In this document: piece after piece, positions 57,093 to 64,000 of the stretch | Layout: every line of letters begins with the position of its first letter | How positions within the stretch are numbered: the first letter of the stretch is position 1 | Assembly: GCA_965248435.1 (NCBI GenBank) | Contig: OZ252100.1 | Span: 2,240,001-2,304,000 of the forward strand | DNA length: 64,000 nucleotides | DNA from: Candidatus Latescibacterota bacterium | GTDB lineage: Bacteria > Latescibacterota > UBA2968 > GCA-2709665 | Direction of reading: 5' to 3' | Notes under the pieces: generated by a model | Told to the model about the DNA's origin: nothing | Seen by the model: the letters and a program-made list of their open reading frames with translations, nothing else | The model's database searches: none | Made by a program: the position numbers and the translations under genes

Positions 57093-58163
57093 TTATCCGG
57101 GGACGGTATCCGGGCGTTCCGTTTGAATCTCATCAAACCATGCCCGAAATACCGCTTCATAGGGAGCACTCGCGACGCCCTTTTCCGTGATAATCGACGT
57201 CACGAACTCGCTTGGCGTCACATCGAACGCCGGATTGTAGACCTTCACGCCCTCCGGCACGGTCAATCGGCCAAGTCCCCTCGTAATCTCCTCCGGTTTG
57301 CGCTCCTCGATCGGGATCTCCTCGCCGTCAGGAAGCGACATATCGATCGTAGAGAGCGGGGCCGCGACGTAGAACGGGACGTCGTGCTCCCGGGCCAGGA
57401 TGGACAGGCCATAGGTCCCGATCTTGTTCGCGACGTCCCCGTTCGCAGCGATCCGGTCCGCGCCCACGATGATCGCGTCGATGCGCCTCTGCCGAAGCAC
57501 CGTGCCAGCCATATTGTCACAAATTACGGTCACATCCACCCCGTTCTGCTGTAGCTCCCAGGCAGTCAACCGCGACCCCTGAAGCAGCGGCCGGGTCTCG
57601 TCGGCGAACACGGCGACCTGCTTGCCGCCTTCCAGCGCAGCGTAGATCACGGCGAGCGCCGTGCCGTAGTCTGCTGTGGCCAGGCCGCCTGCATTGCAGT
57701 GTGTCAAAACGGTTGCCTTATCCCCGAGGAGCTGCGCGCCGTTCCGGCCGATTTCGCGGCACACCTTCCGGTCCTCCCCGTAGATCTGTTGGGCTTCATT
57801 CAGAAGACAATCCCTGATCTCTTCTGCGGTGGATTCAAGACATCCCTCCAGAACCCTCTCCATTCGGCTGAGCGCCCAGAACAGATTGACCGCGGTCGGA
57901 CGCGTTTCGGAGAGCCGCTTGATCCCCGCCCGGATTTGCCCGGCCGGCTCACCCCCCCCGGCAATCGCCTCCTGCGCCGCAATCACGACGCCGTAGGCCG
58001 CTGCAACACCGATCGCGGGTGCTCCGCGTACTCTGAGGCTTTCGATCGCTTCAGCGACCGTCTCCACGTCTTTACATTCGATGTAGACTTCATCCTCGGG
58101 GAGCTTCGTCTGATCGATAAGACGCAAAGCGCCTTCATTCCAGACGAGCGTCGCAACAGGCAT
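57093..58163 (-). CDS. mtnA: Methylthioribose-1-phosphate isomerase
   Basis: VRGAPAIG, RPTAVNL, LTHCNAGGLAT..YGTAL, DETRPLLQGSRLTAWE, GDVANKIGT. Confidence 0.96.
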   Translation of the reverse strand: MPVATLVWNEGALRLIDQTKLPEDEVYIECKDVETVAEAIESLRVRGAPAIGVAAAYGVVIAAQEAIAGGGEPAGQIRAGIKRLSETRPTAVNLFWALSRMERVLEGCLESTAEEIRDCLLNEAQQIYGEDRKVCREIGRNGAQLLGDKATVLTHCNAGGLATADYGTALAVIYAALEGGKQVAVFADETRPLLQGSRLTAWELQQNGVDVTVICDNMAGTVLRQRRIDAIIVGADRIAANGDVANKIGTYGLSILAREHDVPFYVAAPLSTIDMSLPDGEEIPIEERKPEEITRGLGRLTVPEGVKVYNPAFDVTPSEFVTSIITEKGVASAPYEAVFRAWFDEIQTERPDTVPG

Positions 58164-58185
58164 GAGGAGTCCTTTATACGGAAGG

Positions 58186-58587
58186 TTAAGGCTGCTCTGT
58201 CTGGAGAAGGGAGGCGTCCTCCTCGATCCTTTCGATAGGCACATCGCCCCAAAGGCGCTCGAGTCTGTAGAACGCCCGGGAGCTGGACTGGAAGATATGT
58301 ACCACTACATCGACAAAGTCGAAAAGCACCCACTTTCGGGTCTCGATCCCCTCGGTTTGCCAGGGTCGGTAACCGGCCTCCTTCATTCCCTCTATCAATC
58401 CGTCCGCGAGCGCCTTGACGTGCGTGTCCGAGTTCCCCGTGCAGATCAGGAAGAAATCTGTAAAGTCCGCGGCCCCCGTCAGGTTGAGGACCAGGATGTC
58501 CTCTCCCTTCTTGGCCTGGAGGTGCTCGATGCAGCGATCCAGGACCCCCCTGCTCGAGTCTTTAGATTTTGTTTTGGGTTGCTTCAT
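58186..58587 (-). CDS. rsfS: Ribosome silencing factor
   Basis: KKGEDI, DFFLICTG, WVLFDFVDVVVHIF, RAFYRLERLW. Confidence 0.95.
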   Translation of the reverse strand: MKQPKTKSKDSSRGVLDRCIEHLQAKKGEDILVLNLTGAADFTDFFLICTGNSDTHVKALADGLIEGMKEAGYRPWQTEGIETRKWVLFDFVDVVVHIFQSSSRAFYRLERLWGDVPIERIEEDASLLQTEQP

Positions 58588-59000
58588 TGGGATTGAGGCA
58601 GCGTCAGTCGTTTGTAGTCTCTGCCGACGATGACGGTAACCTGCTCGATTCTGAAAGGGTCGGGAATAATCTGCTGGATCTGATTCCGTGTCCCGAGAGC
58701 TTCTGCTACCCGTCTCGCGTATTCCGGATTCCCCACTCGATCGATTACAAGGGTCTCGGGATAGTTGAAACTTTCGGCGTTGTCCACAGTCATCACGTCA
58801 AATCCGATCGCGCGGAGGTATCTGCCCACCTGGCGTGCCACACCATCCGTTCCGCACCCATTCCGCACCTCCACGTGAATCTCCTTGCCTCCTCGCGGTT
58901 CGGGTGGAGACGGGGTGGTCTCTCGGTGCAGCCGGAATGAATATCCGAAAAAAAACGCCGCTGCGATAAGTGGACCAAATATCCAGATTCGGCGAATCAT
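58584..59000 (-). CDS. LytR C-terminal domain protein
   Basis: N-terminal TM; VEVRNGCGTDGVA, VTVIVGRD. Confidence 0.88.
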   Translation of the reverse strand: MIRRIWIFGPLIAAAFFFGYSFRLHRETTPSPPEPRGGKEIHVEVRNGCGTDGVARQVGRYLRAIGFDVMTVDNAESFNYPETLVIDRVGNPEYARRVAEALGTRNQIQQIIPDPFRIEQVTVIVGRDYKRLTLPQSQ

Positions 59001-59018
59001 TGTTCAGACACAAAGCAG

Positions 59019-59058
59019 AGCGGGACATCGCACGGAATTCCACCGCGAAGATGTCCCG
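59019..59058. terminator. Hairpin, possible terminator
   Basis: agcgggacatc ... gatgtcccgct. Confidence 0.45.
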
Positions 59059-59121
59059 CTAGAAGTGACAACCCGGCCGCGAACTTGCTCGCAATCCTGT
59101 TCGCCCTCCCAACTCCTCCAG

Positions 59122-59619
59122 TTAGTATCTCATGCCCCAGTAGCCGTAGCTGGGGACATTGCTGAAATGGAGCTCGATCAAAATATTGGATTTGGGCTGA
59201 TACAAGATGCCCACGTGGGGCACAATGATTTTCGTCTGCTCAGCACGACTCGATCCGAAGGCAGGCTTCCCCCCATACAACTGGTTCTGAACCCCGACCT
59301 GCGCCTGTATGGTCAGGGGCTTGGCCGCCTTGTAAGTCATCGTGTTCAGATAATACTGATTCATTCCGCTCCGCGCGCCCGACTGGAAGGAGACGCCCAC
59401 CGTATGGCGAATCTTGAACCGATTCGGATCCAGGAACCCCTTGAACCCTGCAACCGGATCCAGCTGGAGCGAGCCAACCCCCTGTGTCATCATCGAGGCA
59501 GACTCCGACAGCGGCTCCGTCTGAATACCCACTTTCGCCTCTGCCAGGGAGGCGGAAAGGACCAAATTAAGCAGAAAAACCAGGATCATTTTGGGCACGA
59601 TGCGATCACCTCTTTCCAT
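59122..59619 (-). CDS. Secreted hypothetical protein
   Basis: Signal peptide ending AEA; DPNRF..H, YLNTMTY, YQPKSN beta-rich pattern. Confidence 0.7.
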   Translation of the reverse strand: MERGDRIVPKMILVFLLNLVLSASLAEAKVGIQTEPLSESASMMTQGVGSLQLDPVAGFKGFLDPNRFKIRHTVGVSFQSGARSGMNQYYLNTMTYKAAKPLTIQAQVGVQNQLYGGKPAFGSSRAEQTKIIVPHVGILYQPKSNILIELHFSNVPSYGYWGMRY

Positions 59620-59920
59620 TGTATGACGATAAAACGTACCACAATTTCACAGGAATGTCAAGCAACGCCACAGAGCCACTCAACCGGCTCCTTCTCTTAA
59701 AAGACGCCCGGCAAGTGCCTGTGTTCCCACTATCTTAGAGGATTTAATTCACCGATCTTACGATTACGATCCACGATCTCAGGAGTTTTGAAAGCCGTCC
59801 CAGGACAGGCAAAACCCAAATCGTCGCTCAGCATTCGGCTTTCAAAACTCCGCTGCTCAGACTTCGGCCGACTTCCTTTTTGTGCGCTGAATTTGAATCC
59901 ACGAACGACGATCCACGGCT

Positions 59921-61042
59921 TCATCCTCGCTTCATCAGCTCAATGAATTCATCAAAAAGGTAGGCAGCATCGTGAGGGCCAGCCGAAGCTTCGGGGTGAT
60001 ACTGTACGCCGAGCACGGGAAGTTCCTTGTGACGCAGGCCTTCGACCGTGTCGTCGTTCAAATTGATGTGCGTCAGTTCGACGACATCCTCGTCGATCGA
60101 ACCCAGATCGAGCGCAAACCCGTGATTCTGGGTGGTGATCTCCACCTTTCCGGTGGATAGTCGCTTCACGGGCTGGTTCGCGCCGCGGTGTCCGAATTTC
60201 ATCTTGTAAATCTGGCCTCCGAGTGCAAGGCCCAGGAACTCGTGCCCCAGGCAGATCCCGAACGTCGGCCGTTCCTGAAGTAGTTTCCTCGTGTTTTCAA
60301 TCGCATACGTCACCGGGTCCGGGTCCCCCGGGCCATTCGAAAGAAAGACGCCATCCGGATCGATCTCCAGCAGCTGTTCCGGGGGCGCATCCGCTGGAAA
60401 GACAGTAACGTCGCATCCCCGCTCCACCAGGTGTCTTAGGATGTTCTGTTTAATGCCGAAATCGTAAGCGGCCACCTTGAACCTGGCCCTGCTCTGGATT
60501 CGGCTCGCCTCGTCCTTCAGAACATCGTAGAGCCCTTCGGTCCAGTGATAGGGTTCCCGGCAGGTCACCTCGCTGACGAGGTCCTTCCCGACAAGGCCGG
60601 GAGAGGCCTTTGCCTTCGCGATCAAACTCTCAGGATCCAGGTCTTCCGTAGAAAGCACACTCTTCATCGCGCCCTGGTTTCGAATGTGACGGGTCAGGGC
60701 TCGGGTATCGATCCCCTGAATGCCCGGAATGCCGTGGCGAGCAAGATAGTCTCCAAGTGATTCACAAGACCGCCAGTTGCTCGGCACCGGGCAATGCTCC
60801 TTCATCACGAATCCTTCCACCTGAGGGCCATGCGATTCCACATCCGCCGTGTTCACGCCGTAATTTCCGATCAGTGGGTAGGTCATCGTCACGATCTGTC
60901 CCTTGTAAGACGGATCCGTGAGGATCTCCTGATAGCCCGTCATGCTCGTGTTGAACACGACCTCTCCATAACATTCACCCGGCGCGCCGACCGAACTGCC
61001 TTCATAAATCGTCCCGTCTTCCAGGGCCAGCATCGCTTTCAT
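59921..61042 (-). CDS. carA: Carbamoyl-phosphate synthase small subunit
   Basis: GEVVFNTSMTGYQEILTDPSY, LSNGPGDP, GICLG, QNHGF, QYHPEASAGPHD. Confidence 0.98.
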   Translation of the reverse strand: MKAMLALEDGTIYEGSSVGAPGECYGEVVFNTSMTGYQEILTDPSYKGQIVTMTYPLIGNYGVNTADVESHGPQVEGFVMKEHCPVPSNWRSCESLGDYLARHGIPGIQGIDTRALTRHIRNQGAMKSVLSTEDLDPESLIAKAKASPGLVGKDLVSEVTCREPYHWTEGLYDVLKDEASRIQSRARFKVAAYDFGIKQNILRHLVERGCDVTVFPADAPPEQLLEIDPDGVFLSNGPGDPDPVTYAIENTRKLLQERPTFGICLGHEFLGLALGGQIYKMKFGHRGANQPVKRLSTGKVEITTQNHGFALDLGSIDEDVVELTHINLNDDTVEGLRHKELPVLGVQYHPEASAGPHDAAYLFDEFIELMKRG

Positions 61043-61202
61043 CGCGGAACGCCTTTCAATCCAAAATAAGCAATCGGTTGCAGACCTGGTTTATCTTTCC
61101 GGTCGAGCACAAGGTTCGCCCCGCCCCACTATTGTTTCTAGCCCGGTACCCGTGTTTGTCTTCCCGGTACCCGGTACTAAACCCCCTCGGCTTGTCTCGA
61201 TG

Positions 61203-62504
61203 CTAGTCCTCGTGCCGGAAGGTGACTCGTCCTCCAAGTACTGTGTACATGACCTGTCCCTGCAAGGACCAACCGTGAAAAGGCGTATTGCGCGACTTTG
61301 AACGGGATTGGAGGGCATCGACGGTCCAAGTCTTCGAGGGATCGATCACCGTCACGTCCGCGCGCACGCCCGACGACAGCGTCGCATCGCTCGATCCGAG
61401 CAGGCGGGCCGGAGCAACCGTAAGCTTCGAGATGGCATCGCTGAGGGAGAGCACGCCGGGTTGGATCAACATCTTGAACACGAGCCCCACCGCCGTCTCG
61501 AGACCGAGGATACCGTTCGGGGCTTCAGAAAATGCCCGGAGCTTCTCCTGGCTCGCATGGGGGGCGTGGTCCGTTGCGATCATATCGACCGTCCCATCCG
61601 CGAGACCTTCCAGCACGGCTTCACGGTCATCGGCGCTTCGCAGCGGCGGACTCATCTTCGCCGCGGTTCCGTAAACGCGTACATCTTCGTCCGTGAGCGT
61701 AAAGTGGTGGGGCATCGCCTCACACGTTACCGAAAGGCCCTCTCGTTTGGCATCCCGCACCAGATCCACAGATCTCCGCGCGCTGACGTGGAGGATGTGC
61801 AGCCGACCGCCCACCTCACGAACGAGATTTATATCCCGCTCCACCATTCCGGCTTCCCCCTCCGACGGCATCCCCTCGATTCCAAGTTCCCGGGAGACGA
61901 TGCCCTCGTGCATGTGCCCGCCTCGCGTGAGCTCGAGAAGTTCGCAGTGAGGACAGACGAAAAAGCCGAGCGCTTCAGATCGTTTGAGGAGTTCCCGCAT
62001 CGGCGGTTCGGGGATCGGCAGTCCGTCGTCCGAAAACCCGACCGCCCCGGCCTCCAGAAGCGCTTCGGTATCCGTAATCTCTTTGCCATCCAAATTTCGG
62101 GTGGCACACGCAACCGGATAGACGCGCGCGTCGGCCGATAGAGCTTTCTCTACAATCTCCCGGATGATTTGGGGCGAATCGGCGGGCGGATCCGTGTTGG
62201 GCATACAGGCAACAGACGTGAATCCCCCTGCAGCCGCTGCGCGGCAGCCCGTTTCGAGCGTCTCCTTGTCCGGAAACCCGGGGTCCCGCAGGTGCACGTG
62301 CGCGTCGATCAGCCCTGGAACCACCAGACTGCCCGTGACATCCGCCGTTTCACAACCCGAAGGCGCTTCAATCTCCGCCGCGACGCGCGAAACGTGGCCC
62401 TCCTGAATCAGAAGATCTGCCTTCCGATCTACGCCGTTCGCTGGATCCAGGATGCGGCCGTTTCGCAGCAGCAAGCCGTTCTCTGTCTTCTCCGACGATC
62501 CCAT
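61203..62504 (-). CDS. pyrC: Dihydroorotase
   Basis: PGLIDAHVHLRDPG, MPNT, FSDDG, KMSPPLR, IATDHAPH; directly upstream of carA. Confidence 0.95.
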   Translation of the reverse strand: MGSSEKTENGLLLRNGRILDPANGVDRKADLLIQEGHVSRVAAEIEAPSGCETADVTGSLVVPGLIDAHVHLRDPGFPDKETLETGCRAAAAGGFTSVACMPNTDPPADSPQIIREIVEKALSADARVYPVACATRNLDGKEITDTEALLEAGAVGFSDDGLPIPEPPMRELLKRSEALGFFVCPHCELLELTRGGHMHEGIVSRELGIEGMPSEGEAGMVERDINLVREVGGRLHILHVSARRSVDLVRDAKREGLSVTCEAMPHHFTLTDEDVRVYGTAAKMSPPLRSADDREAVLEGLADGTVDMIATDHAPHASQEKLRAFSEAPNGILGLETAVGLVFKMLIQPGVLSLSDAISKLTVAPARLLGSSDATLSSGVRADVTVIDPSKTWTVDALQSRSKSRNTPFHGWSLQGQVMYTVLGGRVTFRHED

Positions 62505-62612
62505 CAAATGATCTTTCTCAGCAAACACATGACGCTTCGTTCGAGCGACAAGTTACCCGGGGGATCGAACACTGTCAAGAGGATCGGTGAAGATTTCTCC
62601 ACGGACGGCCGT

Positions 62613-64000
62613 TCAAGATCTCTTCAAAAAGCCTCTGAGGGAACGACCGACGCCATCCGCCGTCAGGACATCTTCTGGAATCGGCCAACCGTGCCTCCGA
62701 AGGCTGTCCGCGATGGCGATGGCTTCTGGCCAATCCAGGGAAAGTCCGCGCAGCCGGTCCCGGTCCGCGAAGGCGGCCCGAGTATCAGCTTCGAACGCGA
62801 GCCGTCCCCCGTCAAGCGCCGCGACCCGTTCCCCCAGCCGAGAAACAAGCCCCATGTCGTGAGAGACCAGGATCACCGTGCTCCCCTGCGACTGCAATGC
62901 ACGCAGCAAATCTTCAACCTCCTCGGCCCCTGCAGGGTCAAGCCCGGCGGTCGGTTCGTCCAGCACGAGCACGTCGGGACGCATCGCTAACACCCCGGCC
63001 GTGGCGACACGCCGCTTTTCACCAGAACTGAGCGCGAAAGGGGATCTTTCCAAAAACGCATCGGGCTGGAGGCCCACGTCGATCAAGGCCTGTCGTACCC
63101 TCGCGTCGATGTCATCAAGCGCCAGATTGCAGGGTCCGAACGCGACGTCATCGTAGACCGTCTCCGCGAAGAGCTGGGCCTCGGGGAACTGGAACAGAAG
63201 CGCGACGCGACGCCTCAACGGGCTCAGATCTTTCGTCTTTCCTACTTCCACACCACAAACGGTCAGTTCGCCCGACGTTGGCAAGAGCAGGCCATTCAGG
63301 TGTTGGAGAAGCGTCGACTTTCCGGATCCGCTGGGTCCGATCAGACAGAACAGACTACCCTCGGCAACATCCAAATCCAGATCGACGACGGCCGGACACG
63401 ACGTGGAGAGTCCCGGATTGTAGACGTGGCAGAGCTTTCGAGCGCTGACTACGGGGGAACGAGAAGGAAGCGGCGGAGACACCGTCTGCTGAGGAAGAGG
63501 TTCAGGAGGAGGCTCGGGGAGTTGACCAAGGAGGTCATCGGCAGATAGCGGGATCGGGGGAGGGAGACCGGTCTGGAACGCGATCTCCGCCGCTGTGGGT
63601 GGGGCCAGCCCCATCTTCCTGAGGGTGTCAACCCGGCCGTAGACCTCGGCCGGCGAGCCATCCGCTGCGACACGGCCACGGTCAAACACCAGAATTCGGT
63701 CTGCGAAGAGGGCTTCTTCGGGATCCTGCGTGACCAGCAGAGGCGTGACTTCGCCCGATCGATGCAGATCCTTTAAGAGCTCCCGGAGCGCGATCCGCGC
63801 CGCCGGATCCAGAAGCGCAGTCGGCTCATCCAGGAGAAGGTAGCGAGGGCGCATGGCCACAACAGATGCAATGGCCAGCCGCTGGCGTTCGCCGCCGGAC
63901 AGCAGGTGAGGAGGATGCTTACGGTCCTGAAGGAGGCCGAACCGCTCCAGGACCTCGTCCACCCGCATCTGCATCGCGTCCGTCGCTACGCCGAGATTTT
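62613..64000 (-). CDS. ECF transporter ATPase with two fused ABC domains (partial at window edge)
   Basis: LSGGERQRLAIA..DEPTALLDP; GPSGSGKST, FQFPEAQLFAETV, LSSGEKRRVA, DEPTAGLDP. Confidence 0.9.
   Translation of the reverse strand, partial: NLGVATDAMQMRVDEVLERFGLLQDRKHPPHLLSGGERQRLAIASVVAMRPRYLLLDEPTALLDPAARIALRELLKDLHRSGEVTPLLVTQDPEEALFADRILVFDRGRVAADGSPAEVYGRVDTLRKMGLAPPTAAEIAFQTGLPPPIPLSADDLLGQLPEPPPEPLPQQTVSPPLPSRSPVVSARKLCHVYNPGLSTSCPAVVDLDLDVAEGSLFCLIGPSGSGKSTLLQHLNGLLLPTSGELTVCGVEVGKTKDLSPLRRRVALLFQFPEAQLFAETVYDDVAFGPCNLALDDIDARVRQALIDVGLQPDAFLERSPFALSSGEKRRVATAGVLAMRPDVLVLDEPTAGLDPAGAEEVEDLLRALQSQGSTVILVSHDMGLVSRLGERVAALDGGRLAFEADTRAAFADRDRLRGLSLDWPEAIAIADSLRRHGWPIPEDVLTADGVGRSLRGFLKRS

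Noticed and set aside
59730-59924. 64-aa ORF overlapping the carA stop
   Set aside because: No recognisable motif; cannot be supported as a gene

Overview
GC-rich, diderm bacterial DNA. A Latescibacterota/FCB-like origin is inferred from a dockerin-like EF-hand C-terminal domain, a DUF6785-type membrane protein and a stand-alone FliG-C protein. The main candidate new system is an ~18 kb sigma54 regulon (31720-49875). It encodes a formyltransferase, AMP-ligase, UbiA-like prenyltransferase, RPH/PEP-synthase-like phosphotransferase, DUF3419/BtaA-like enzyme, phytol/dolichol-kinase-like protein, MMPL exporter and EEP lipoprotein. An atypical enhancer-binding protein and a divergent TonB receptor complete it. 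Three -24/-12 promoters, each with a shared upstream CGCAA-N5-CGCAA repeat, are readable in the DNA. The window also holds a secreted Gly/Pro/Gln/His repeat protein, a three-subunit nitrile/thiocyanate hydratase and an IS200-type TnpA element beside its own deletion derivative. Other content includes a duplicated epimerase/amidohydrolase unit, a glycan-catabolic cluster, tRNA-Val(GAC), Fic and NTase cassettes, many REP-like repeats and a housekeeping block (mtnA, rsfS, carA, pyrC, ECF ATPase). All product calls come from motif recognition by eye; no database searches were run.
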